The notes under the pieces were generated by a model. That model was not told the origin of the DNA. It saw only the letters and a program-made list of their open reading frames with translations, and ran no database searches. The position numbers were made by a program, and so were the translations under genes. DNA of 63,153 nt, counting the filler, from Deltaproteobacteria bacterium (GTDB taxonomy: Bacteria > JAEEML01), in the NCBI GenBank assembly GCA_016283195.1. It is 3 parts of 3 records of this genome, joined end to end, with 100 filler letters (N's around TTAATTAATTAA, not from the genome) between each part and the next. Parts side by side here need not be neighbours in the genome. Positions count along the whole stretch, not along the records: positions 1 to 31,650 come from JAEEML010000050.1; positions 31,751 to 58,131 come from JAEEML010000051.1; 1 more part is not named here. One strand, 5' to 3'. The first letter of the stretch is position 1, and each line of letters starts with the position of its first letter. Shown piece after piece: positions 28,500-37,311 of this stretch.

Positions 28500-31481
28500 T
28501 TACTGACACACCCACGAAGCTGTATAAATTGTTCCGGAAGTTGTTGAGCATATAGCAGAATACGATGCACATTCATATATATTGATAGTACCTCCAGCAT
28601 AATACACTGGATAGGAAAAATTAGTATTTCCACTACTAGTAATTGCGCAATTATAATTTTGTATTGTAGCTGTTACAGTTGTAACACTTCCACCACTTTG
28701 GCGGCTATTGGAAGCTAAAACATATCCTTGTTTGTGACCACAATTACCAGAAACTCCGCAAAGCAGATCGCCATTACACGTATCTTCGTCAACTGCGTTA
28801 AAAACTGTTCGGCATTGCCCCCGAAATCCCTCTTGATTGCAACTCATACAGGTTTCGCCACAGCTATTTTCACAGCAAACCCCATCAATACAATAGCCGC
28901 TTTCGCATTGGGAATTGTCGGCGCAGACAGTACCTAAAAGAGCTTTGCTGGAGCACTCTCCAGCAGTGCAAATATAGCCTTCCTGACATTCGCTATCATC
29001 ACTACAGCTGTCGCGGCAGCTATCGGCGCTATCGGCGCTATCGGCACATTGATACGTCCCGCAGCTTTGCGTTCTTACTTCGCACACTCCGGGGTTGGTA
29101 GAACAGCTATAACTAATAGAAGTACCATTTATGCAGCTATCCGGCGTGGGGCAGCTGTTGTTACAGCAGACGCCATCGACGCAGTGGCCGCTTTCGCACT
29201 CGCTGCCAGCGCTGCACACTTCGCCATTGGCCAATTTTTCTTCCACACAAGCGCCATATTTCAGCACTTTGCCCTGCGGGCAGACAACATCGTCAATGAC
29301 ACATTCATTATTTATTAAAGTTGTGCCGCTGGGGCATACTTTGTTATTTATATAACAAACATCGCCAATTAGCGTGCTGCCCTCCGGGCATATTTTGTCA
29401 TTTATCACGCACTGGCCGGCGCCGTTAGTTGTGGAACCGCTGGGGCAAGTGGCTTCATTTATTACACAATCATTACCAATAAGAGTTGAACCCACCGGGC
29501 AGCTGGTGGCGGCGATAACGCAGAAGCCGTTCTGATTTTTTGCCGAACCTTCTGGGCAAACGGTAGCCGAAACAACGCACTGGCCATTAAGGTTGCTGGA
29601 GCTACCTTCTGGGCAGAAAGCCGCATTAATTACGCATTTACCTTCACCATTTTTGCTGCTGCCGGCGGGGCATTCGGTGGCGGCGATGACGCATTGACCT
29701 TCTCCGTTAGCTGAGCTACCGGCCGGGCAAATAGTGCCAATAATCACGCAGTCGCCAGAATTATTTTTTTGCGCCCCGTTGGGGCAAATAGTGGCGCTAG
29801 TTACACATTGGCCGGCGCCATTGGCCGCTGAGCCCTCAGGGCAAATAGCAGCTTTTATTACGCAATTACCATTTATGGTATCTGTGCCTTCCGGGCATAC
29901 TGTGGCTAAAGTGACGCACTGCCCGAGATTATTGGCCTGGCTGCCCTCTGGGCAGACGGTGTCATCTTTTACACAAACCGCGCCCACTAGGGTGCTGCCG
30001 CTGGGGCATTCCGTGGCGGCGATGATGCACTGGCCATTATTGTTTTTGAGTGAACCATCAGGGCAAATAGTGGCGCTTACAACGCATTGCCCAAGATTAT
30101 TGGCTACTGATCCTTCAGGGCATACTGTGCCATTTATTACACATTGGCCATTTTGATTCATGGCTGAATATTCTGGGCAAATGCGCGCTAGAATGAGGCA
30201 CTCGCCGCTCTCGGTTTTGGCGCTGCCGCTGGGGCAGGAGGTGGCGCTGATGATACAGTTACCCGCGCTATTTTTGCTGCTACCTTCCGGACACATAGTG
30301 GCCTGAGTAACACAGTTACCTTCCTGGTCGGCCTGACTGCCTTCGGGGCAGATAGTGGCGCTAGTTACACATTGGCCGGCGCCATTGGCCGCTGAGCCTT
30401 CGGGGCAAATAGTGGCGGTGATTACACATTCTCCGGAGCTGTTAGCGGCTGAACCTTCGGGGCAACTAGTTGAACTAATAACACATTCGCCTAAATTATT
30501 CTTGGCCGCACCCTCTGGGCAGGCTGCATCGCTTATTACACACTCATTTTGCAGGTTTTTGGCCGATCCTTCGGGGCAGATAGTGTCATTAACCACACAG
30601 CGGCCCTGATTATTGGTGCTGCCATCCGGGCAGACGCGCTCGCGGATAACACACTCCCCATCGCTATTGGCATCGCTGCCCACTGGGCAGGAAGTTTGGC
30701 TGATAATGCAGCGGCCAGCTTCATCTTTGGCGGCGCCAGCTGGACAGGCCGCTTCCTCCATCACGCAGAGTCCGTTTTCATCAGAGCTGCCATCGGGGCA
30801 AATGGTGGCTTTTACCACACACTGGCCCAGGCCGTTGGATTCCGCTTCATCGGGGCAACTGATGTTGGTGATGATACATTTACCGTTACTATCTTTTACC
30901 GCGCCGTCAATACATTCGCTGGTGGTAATAACACATTGGCCAAGAGCATTTAATGAGGAGCCATCATAGCAAAAGCGCTCAGTGATGAGGCAAGCGCCAG
31001 CTTCATCATGCAAAGATCCTGGTGGGCAAGAGGTTTCAGCAATAATACAATTGGAGCTGCCGTCAAAGTTGCTCCCTTCTGGGCAATGTTTTTGGGTAAC
31101 GATGCACTGACTATTAGCGTTCAAGGTACTGCCTGGCGGACAGTCGCGGTTTAAAACGATGCAGTGGCTTACAATTTCCGAAACACCGTCAACAGTGTAA
31201 CTCTCTACTGTGCCAGCTGGGCAAACCTTGGGCGCCAGACAGTTACCAGCGCCATCATCGCGGCTATTTTCCGGACAAGAGGCTTTACTCTTTACACATT
31301 TGCCGGTGACGCTGAGTTCCGTACCTTCCGGGCAGACAAATTCGGTGATTTGGCACCTGCCATTTTTGAGTAAGATGCTACCAGCGGGGCAGGTAGCGGC
31401 GCCGGTGGGAGTGGGCTCATCGGCACAGGCGGCCAGAGAGAGGGCCGAGATACATAGACATATTTTAGCAAAATTGCTCAT
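28500..31481 (-). CDS. Lipoprotein with a long tandem array of CPEGS..N..GQCV repeats, further Cys-rich modules and an AT-rich C-terminal tip
   Basis: GAGG RBS, lipobox LAAC, dozens of 18-19 aa two-Cys repeats. Confidence 0.88.
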   Translation of the reverse strand: MSNFAKICLCISALSLAACADEPTPTGAATCPAGSILLKNGRCQITEFVCPEGTELSVTGKCVKSKASCPENSRDDGAGNCLAPKVCPAGTVESYTVDGVSEIVSHCIVLNRDCPPGSTLNANSQCIVTQKHCPEGSNFDGSSNCIIAETSCPPGSLHDEAGACLITERFCYDGSSLNALGQCVITTSECIDGAVKDSNGKCIITNISCPDEAESNGLGQCVVKATICPDGSSDENGLCVMEEAACPAGAAKDEAGRCIISQTSCPVGSDANSDGECVIRERVCPDGSTNNQGRCVVNDTICPEGSAKNLQNECVISDAACPEGAAKNNLGECVISSTSCPEGSAANSSGECVITATICPEGSAANGAGQCVTSATICPEGSQADQEGNCVTQATMCPEGSSKNSAGNCIISATSCPSGSAKTESGECLILARICPEYSAMNQNGQCVINGTVCPEGSVANNLGQCVVSATICPDGSLKNNNGQCIIAATECPSGSTLVGAVCVKDDTVCPEGSQANNLGQCVTLATVCPEGTDTINGNCVIKAAICPEGSAANGAGQCVTSATICPNGAQKNNSGDCVIIGTICPAGSSANGEGQCVIAATECPAGSSKNGEGKCVINAAFCPEGSSSNLNGQCVVSATVCPEGSAKNQNGFCVIAATSCPVGSTLIGNDCVINEATCPSGSTTNGAGQCVINDKICPEGSTLIGDVCYINNKVCPSGTTLINNECVIDDVVCPQGKVLKYGACVEEKLANGEVCSAGSECESGHCVDGVCCNNSCPTPDSCINGTSISYSCSTNPGVCEVRTQSCGTYQCADSADSADSCRDSCSDDSECQEGYICTAGECSSKALLGTVCADNSQCESGYCIDGVCCENSCGETCMSCNQEGFRGQCRTVFNAVDEDTCNGDLLCGVSGNCGHKQGYVLASNSRQSGGSVTTVTATIQNYNCAITSSGNTNFSYPVYYAGGTINIYECASYSAICSTTSGTIYTASWVCQ

Positions 31482-31605
31482 GATAAACCTCCTGTGTGAG
31501 CAAAAAAATACCTGACAATGCAAGAAAAATGTGCAAAATTATTAAAAAAATTGCTAATTTTGTCTTGAAATATTTTTAGAGATGTGCTAAGGTTAGATAA
31601 AGCGA

Positions 31606-31650
31606 CTGAACTGAACTGAACTGAACTGAACTGAACTGAACTGAACTGAA
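31606..31650. repeat. (CTGAA)n tandem repeat, at least 9 units, at contig end
   Basis: Directly visible; truncated by the assembly gap. Confidence 0.95.
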
Positions 31651-31750
31651 NNNNNNNNNNNNNNNNNNNNNNNNNNNNNNNNNNNNNNNNNNNNTTAATT
31701 AATTAANNNNNNNNNNNNNNNNNNNNNNNNNNNNNNNNNNNNNNNNNNNN
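31651..31750. other. Artificial contig linker (N-TTAATTAATTAA-N)
   Basis: 100-nt N block containing a six-frame stop sequence. Confidence 0.97.
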
Positions 31751-31842
31751 TGCGGGTCGCCGCCAACTTCTTTGGGAGTTACGCAAGCCATCTGGCTTAA
31801 GAGTAATAACATGGCAAAAATATTAAAATATTTGGCTTTCAT
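31751..31842 (-). CDS. 5' fragment of a lipoprotein (MKAKYFNIFAMLLLLSQMAC...), possibly a sugar-binding protein
   Basis: GAGGAGG RBS, ATG at 31842, lipobox-like QMAC; cut by gap; function inferred from context only. Confidence 0.6.
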
Positions 31843-31853
31843 TTTGATCCTCC

Positions 31854-33539
31854 TCAGTGTCTTGAACTGTTAAACCACCATTCACAGTTTATGCCCAGCC
31901 AGTGTTGCACGCGGCGATCGCGCCGGGCATCGAGGGCGGCATAAGTGCGCATAGCGGCATCGTTAAGCACAGTAAGAGCATAAACCAGGCGCAGTTGCGG
32001 GCGGGCATAGCTGCCATAGCCCATGGAGAGAGTGGGCATTAAAGCGGCGGTAAAGGCAAAAGGCTGATCATGGAGGCCATTTTCCGGATTTAGGCCATTG
32101 GGCCTTTTATATTGGAAATTGAGCTCGGCCAGGAGGTGGAAATATTTATGAATATAAAAAGCTGGGCGCACGGCAAAAGCCATCTCGTTTAAGTCATCCA
32201 CATCGTATTGATTGGGGTCGGCATCGGTGAATTTGCGGAAATAGTAGGCCAGCATCAGGCCGGCTTTTTCGCCAAATTCGATATTGCCGGAAAGGCCAAG
32301 CACGAGTTCGTGAGAGCCTAAAGCCTGCTTTTCGGGATTTAAGCCGGTGGGCACGGCCATTTCATCGTAAGCGCCGAGGCCATAGCCGTATTTGACAAAT
32401 ATATTAAGGTGGTTGGCTGTGTTGGGCTTGTAAAGGCTAAGTTCGCCGCCGAGCACCAAACCGTGATCTTCCGGCAAGGATTTAAGATTCATTTTTTCCG
32501 TTAAATATTGGCCACTTGGCAGATAATGATATTCGGCATATAAAACGCCTTTTAGCGCCAGTTTTGCGGAAATATTAAAGTTATGCGCGCCGCGCAAAGT
32601 GAGGACAAAGCGGGCTCTTTCCATAAAGGTGATGGTGCGGGCGCCTACAGTATCGGAAATAACATCAACGTTTTGTAATTGATAATCGCTGGCCAGGCGA
32701 TTTACTCCCATGTGCAATTTAACTTCGCTGTCGGCAAAGCGATAAGCCACGCCGCCGCCAATGGTGTTTTGCTCATCGAGGGGCCAAAAATCGAGCAAAT
32801 AAATATCATCGCCCCGGTACATGCGCGAGCCGCCCCAAAAAGAGAGCCCTTTTATAAATAAGTCGCTGATTTCCAAATAAAGATTGCGCACGGCAATAGC
32901 GGCGGCAAAGTTGCCATCGAGGTGGAAGAGCGCCTCATTTAAAGCCAAAGTAAAATGGGGGCGGAAGGTGGGGCCATCGGTAACCGTATAAGCGTAGCCG
33001 AGGTCGATTTCCGCATAAGGAGATTCCAAAAGACGCGGGGCATGGGCTACCAGCTGCACTTGCTTGCCGAGTGAACCGTGGAGATCGCCGCCCACCGGCA
33101 CGCGGCCGTAAGAGCCAAAGGTAAAGCCTTCCATAATCTTTTTGAAGAGGCTCTTTTCTTCGGCCTTTTCCGGCACGGCAGCAGCCAGAGCATCGCTTGT
33201 GCCGTCTTGAGAAGCGGCCTTGGCTTTAGCCTCTTCTGCGGCTCTCGCTTTGGCTTCCGCTTCTTCTTCGGCTTTTATTTCCTCTTTTAGTTCTTCCTTC
33301 AGCTCGGCTTTGACTTCTGCGCGGAGCTCAGCTTTGAGGTCGCCTTTAATTTCCGCCAAAAGCTCGGCTTTTAAGGCGGCTTTCAGCTCATCGCGGTTTA
33401 TTTCTTCCCGGGGAGCAGAGGCGGCCTCTGGAGCTGCTTGGTTTTCGTCGCTGGCGCCATCGGTTTGGGCCCAGGTCGGCCGGCTTAGGGCGAGCAAGGA
33501 GGCAAAAAGAGCCCAGGTGCAGATTTTACATGGCTTCAT
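31854..33539 (-). CDS. Carbohydrate porin, LamB/maltoporin-like, with N-terminal coiled coil
   Basis: Signal peptide, FGSYGR, WGGSRMYRGDDIYLLDFW, RPQLRLVY, C-terminal EWWF. Confidence 0.82.
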   Translation of the reverse strand: MKPCKICTWALFASLLALSRPTWAQTDGASDENQAAPEAASAPREEINRDELKAALKAELLAEIKGDLKAELRAEVKAELKEELKEEIKAEEEAEAKARAAEEAKAKAASQDGTSDALAAAVPEKAEEKSLFKKIMEGFTFGSYGRVPVGGDLHGSLGKQVQLVAHAPRLLESPYAEIDLGYAYTVTDGPTFRPHFTLALNEALFHLDGNFAAAIAVRNLYLEISDLFIKGLSFWGGSRMYRGDDIYLLDFWPLDEQNTIGGGVAYRFADSEVKLHMGVNRLASDYQLQNVDVISDTVGARTITFMERARFVLTLRGAHNFNISAKLALKGVLYAEYHYLPSGQYLTEKMNLKSLPEDHGLVLGGELSLYKPNTANHLNIFVKYGYGLGAYDEMAVPTGLNPEKQALGSHELVLGLSGNIEFGEKAGLMLAYYFRKFTDADPNQYDVDDLNEMAFAVRPAFYIHKYFHLLAELNFQYKRPNGLNPENGLHDQPFAFTAALMPTLSMGYGSYARPQLRLVYALTVLNDAAMRTYAALDARRDRRVQHWLGINCEWWFNSSRH

Positions 33540-33563
33540 TGTTTGGCAAACTCCCTTCCTGTT

Positions 33564-34094
33564 TTAATCCGCTACGCAGGTGCGGCTATTTTCGTCAATG
33601 TGATAATTTTCGGCACAGTCGTCGCATTTTTCGCCGGCATAACCGCTATAACATTTACAAGTGGCCACGCCACTTACAAGTTCGCATTTACCATAGACAC
33701 ATTTAGCCTTAGCACATTCGTCTTCTTCAATACAGAGGCCGCCCTGTTCAAAGTAACCTTCGGCACATTCGGCGCAGAGGCGGCCGCTATAGCCAAGGTC
33801 ACATTCACAGTGTGTGGAATTGGAATTTCCTACAATACAGGTGCCGAAAACACAGGGTTCTACCAAGCAGTTTACTTGTATTTCCGAGGGATAATTGCCG
33901 CCGGAGCCATAGCCGTAACCATAGCCGTTGCCCCCCTGCTTGGGGCCCGGATCCCAAGGCCGCGGCGGGATTAAGCCGCTATAGTTGGAGCCGCTGGAAC
34001 CTTTGCCGGGGATATTTTCCCGTTCATCGCCGCAAGCATTTAAGCTTATTACTAGAACTAGCAAAATGACGAAAGACAGAATCTTTTTCATCAT
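33564..34094 (-). CDS. EGF-like repeat lipoprotein
   Basis: Lipobox LNAC; CECDLGYSGRLC and CKCYSGYAGEKC. Confidence 0.8.
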   Translation of the reverse strand: MMKKILSFVILLVLVISLNACGDERENIPGKGSSGSNYSGLIPPRPWDPGPKQGGNGYGYGYGSGGNYPSEIQVNCLVEPCVFGTCIVGNSNSTHCECDLGYSGRLCAECAEGYFEQGGLCIEEDECAKAKCVYGKCELVSGVATCKCYSGYAGEKCDDCAENYHIDENSRTCVAD

Positions 34095-36265
34095 TCCTCC
34101 TCGCAACTGTCAGTACTGGCTAATACTCTCACTGCACGTGGCTCAACACCAAGCTGCACCACTCTACTAGATAAAGTATAGGTTTCGCTAGTCATTAAAT
34201 CATTAAAATACATCGGTACGTTTAAAGAGTACTTTTTGGGGATTTCAAAGGAAAGTTCGGCGGGCTTATCGCTGTTATTAAAGGCTATTATGGCAAATTT
34301 GCCTTTATAAACACGCAGATAGACATATTGAGTTTTGTTTACAAGCAGGGTGGCTCTCTCGCCGCGGCGCAGTACAGGGCAGGCGGCACGCCTGGCAGCC
34401 ACTTTTTTTACATGGGTTAGAAGGTCACTCTCCAGAGGCGAGAGATTACTAAAACGCATATCGCGGCGATTATCGGGATCGTTGGCTCCGGGCAAGGCTA
34501 TTTCATCGCCATAATAGAGAACCGGCGCTCCGGGCAGGGTATAGAGGAGGGAATAAGCCAGTTTAAAGAGTTCGTAAGGGCGGGAGGAAGTGGGGCTTGC
34601 CGGCTGCACTTCGCGCGGGCGCCAGATTTCGTCGTCGTTTACCGCAGAGATAAAACGGGGAACATCGTGATTGCCCAAAAAAATACCCATGACGGCGCCG
34701 GAACCGGCCCAGGCAGCTTCGCTGCGCAGAATCTCATTGTTGAGGTCTTCTAAAGTGATAATGCCGGAGAGAGCCTGGCGCAGAGCCCACATGAGCGGAA
34801 AGTCAAAAAGGCCGGAGAGAGTGTGGGGGCCTAAATAGTAGCGGATATTGGGTTGCTCGCCGCGCGAGGTGTAATTTTCGCCTAAAAGGTAAACATGACT
34901 GCCGGCGGGATCAAAGCGCTCCTCTATAGCAGCCCGCATGCGGCGCATGGCCCGGCGGGGCATCATGGGCACGGCGTCCATTCTGAGGCCGTCGAGGTCA
35001 AAGGTTTCCAGGAGGTAGAGGTGATCGGCCACCAGGGCCTCCATCTGCTCTTCGTTTTCCCAGGAAAAATCGGCTAAAAATGGGTCAAACCAGCAGTCTT
35101 CATAATGAGCGCCCCAGTCGCAGGTGACCCCGCAAATACAATCGCCCTGAATATTGTTAAACCAGCCGTCGGCCCAGTGGTTTACAAAATAGCTGTTTTG
35201 AATGTGCACATGGTTTAAAACGCTGTCTAAAATAACTCTCATGCCTTTTTGGTGGGCGAGAGCGACAAGTTCCTCCAAATCGCTTTCGCTGCCGAAGCGG
35301 CTGTCTATTTGGCGCATATTTATCGGCCAGTAACCGTGGTAAGGCTCGGAATAAAAGCCGTCGCGCCCCAAAAAACGGCCGCTGGGATTTTGGTAAAGCG
35401 GTGAAAGCCAGAGCACATTTACGGAGAGAGCATCAAAATAGCCCTCTTTTAGCTTATTTATAACTCCGCGCAAATTGCCGCCATGAAATTGCGATATGGG
35501 CTTATCGCCGGATAGCTCCCCTTCGGCAGCGGCAAATCTATCGACAAATACCTGGTAAATGTGGCTATCGGCCCAGGTAAAGGGCTTTTCTTCTACCCAG
35601 AAAATGGCGCTTTTGGGTAAAAGAGAACGGCCGCCGGTATCGCTGCCGCTGATAGTAAGTATGTGTTTTCCTTTGGAAATACCGGTTATTTGCGCGACAA
35701 AAGAACCATTTTCTTCCGGCTTAATAGTGGCGGCTTTTTGCCCATCAATGCTGATAATTAAAGTGTCTTTATCAAGTGGCTGATTATCACTGGCTAAGAA
35801 TAGCTCTCCATTTAGCCAGAGCTGACCATCGGCGGTAGCCGCCAGCGAAGCGATAGTAACTTTAGGGCGCTGGCAATCGGGAACAGTAAAACGCGATACC
35901 TCCCTTTTATAGGAGGGTGAATAGCCGCTTTGGGTGTTAAAAGGGTCCAGCATGCTGGAACCATCCTGAAAAATCAGGTAGTTATAGCTGCCGGGTTCAC
36001 CTTCGAAGATAGTCTCAAGTACGCCATCGTCATTGCTGTCACTCATGGATAAATCGGGCAATTTTTGGTCGGTAAAGCGCACAAAAGCCGGCCCGCCCTG
36101 CGCCGGTGCGAAGGCTACAGCCTGGCAGAGCACCCGGGGCATGAGCTCCTTTGTCTCTTTGGGTGAATCAGCTTGGCAACCCATAAGAGACAAAGGGCCA
36201 TAGAGTAGGGTACTTAAAGTGTATATATGCCATAACCGGCTTATTATATTAACTTTTTTGCCCAT
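34091..36265 (-). CDS. GH13 alpha-amylase family protein, probably a lipoprotein
   Basis: DRF..FHGGNLRG, YHGYWP, DSVLNH, GLRMDAV, LGE, NHDVPR, YYGDEI; LMGC lipobox-like. Confidence 0.92.
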   Translation of the reverse strand: MGKKVNIISRLWHIYTLSTLLYGPLSLMGCQADSPKETKELMPRVLCQAVAFAPAQGGPAFVRFTDQKLPDLSMSDSNDDGVLETIFEGEPGSYNYLIFQDGSSMLDPFNTQSGYSPSYKREVSRFTVPDCQRPKVTIASLAATADGQLWLNGELFLASDNQPLDKDTLIISIDGQKAATIKPEENGSFVAQITGISKGKHILTISGSDTGGRSLLPKSAIFWVEEKPFTWADSHIYQVFVDRFAAAEGELSGDKPISQFHGGNLRGVINKLKEGYFDALSVNVLWLSPLYQNPSGRFLGRDGFYSEPYHGYWPINMRQIDSRFGSESDLEELVALAHQKGMRVILDSVLNHVHIQNSYFVNHWADGWFNNIQGDCICGVTCDWGAHYEDCWFDPFLADFSWENEEQMEALVADHLYLLETFDLDGLRMDAVPMMPRRAMRRMRAAIEERFDPAGSHVYLLGENYTSRGEQPNIRYYLGPHTLSGLFDFPLMWALRQALSGIITLEDLNNEILRSEAAWAGSGAVMGIFLGNHDVPRFISAVNDDEIWRPREVQPASPTSSRPYELFKLAYSLLYTLPGAPVLYYGDEIALPGANDPDNRRDMRFSNLSPLESDLLTHVKKVAARRAACPVLRRGERATLLVNKTQYVYLRVYKGKFAIIAFNNSDKPAELSFEIPKKYSLNVPMYFNDLMTSETYTLSSRVVQLGVEPRAVRVLASTDSCEEE

Positions 36266-37187
36266 GCCAGATTTCTTCTAAATAGAGCAGCTCGCGCTCC
36301 AGTTTTACCCCAAATTTCTTATATACTTCATTTTGCACATGAGTGATGAGTTTTTTTACATCGGAAGCTGTAGCACCGCCCAAATTTACTAAAAAATTCC
36401 TATGCTTGGGGCTAACTTGTGCCCGGCCTATGGTATAGCCGGAGAGGCCGGCGTCCTGGATGAGTTTCCCGGCGTAATAGCCGGCCGGCCGTTTGAAGAC
36501 CGAGCCGCAATTGCCGTATTCCATGGGAAATTTGCTGTGCCTAAGCTCTTTTATGGCTTCCATATCGCCTAAAAGCCTGGCCGGATCGTCATGCCCAGGC
36601 GCTTTTAAGCGGGCGCTTATAATGAGATGATCTTTAAAATCATGCTTGAATATACTTTCGCGATAGCCAAAAGCCAGCTTATCGGCCGCAGTAGTAATAG
36701 TTTCTCCGCCGGGCGAGAGGCTGGTTACCGAGAGTACCAATTGGCCTAATGATTCCTCGTTCATGCCGGCATTTTGCACGACTCCGCCGCCGACGGTGCC
36801 GGGAATATCATATAAAAAGCCCAAACCGGCCAGGCCAGCCTCGGCCGCTTTTTGGGCCAGAAGAGAGTTGTTTACGCCGCTATAGACGGTAATTTCAGCG
36901 CCATTTATAGTAAGCGGCTCTTTGGGCGGCGCCATTTTGATAATGAGAGCCAGCTGGTCTTCATCGGGCATCAAAATATTTGATCCGTTGCCGATAATCG
37001 CCCAGGGAATACCTACCTCAGCGGCCCAGTTTATAAGATAATTCAGCTCAGCGGCTATGGGCGCAGCTTCCACTAAAAAGGCTACCCGGCCGCCGATTTT
37101 GTAAGTGCTTAGTTCGGCCATTTTAGCCATGGGTACTACCCGGCTTTCGGGTATTTTTTTTAGGTTGATGGCTGGCAAAGTAAACAT
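36249..37187 (-). CDS. murB: UDP-N-acetylenolpyruvoylglucosamine reductase
   Basis: IGNGSNIL, IPGTVGG...NAG, FGYRES, CGSVFKRP, H.NFLVNLGGAT. Confidence 0.95.
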   Translation of the reverse strand: MFTLPAINLKKIPESRVVPMAKMAELSTYKIGGRVAFLVEAAPIAAELNYLINWAAEVGIPWAIIGNGSNILMPDEDQLALIIKMAPPKEPLTINGAEITVYSGVNNSLLAQKAAEAGLAGLGFLYDIPGTVGGGVVQNAGMNEESLGQLVLSVTSLSPGGETITTAADKLAFGYRESIFKHDFKDHLIISARLKAPGHDDPARLLGDMEAIKELRHSKFPMEYGNCGSVFKRPAGYYAGKLIQDAGLSGYTIGRAQVSPKHRNFLVNLGGATASDVKKLITHVQNEVYKKFGVKLERELLYLEEIWHGQKS

Positions 37188-37311
37188 GAAGCACTCCTTA
37201 TGGCAGCCGCTTTTTGGTGAGCGGTAGGGCTCTTTTTTACTTAGCCGGGCAGCCCGGCGCCTCAAGATATTAGCCCCCGTTTGGGAGGCGGGCAAGAGGA
37301 TAAATAGAAAA

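Noticed and set aside
27560-28500. Possible integron cassette (GTTATGT at 27870 before the HEPN-like gene, AACTAAC after it)
   Set aside because: No complete attC hairpin could be built, the core sites are imperfect, and no integrase is present.
29250-31400. Periodic GGGCA-containing repeats as a possible array or DGR template/variable repeat
   Set aside because: They are CPEGS protein repeats; no reverse transcriptase and no adenine-specific mismatch pair seen.
31651-31750. TTAATTAATTAA palindrome within Ns (also 58132-58231)
   Set aside because: Artificial contig-joining linker; adjacency across it has no biological meaning.
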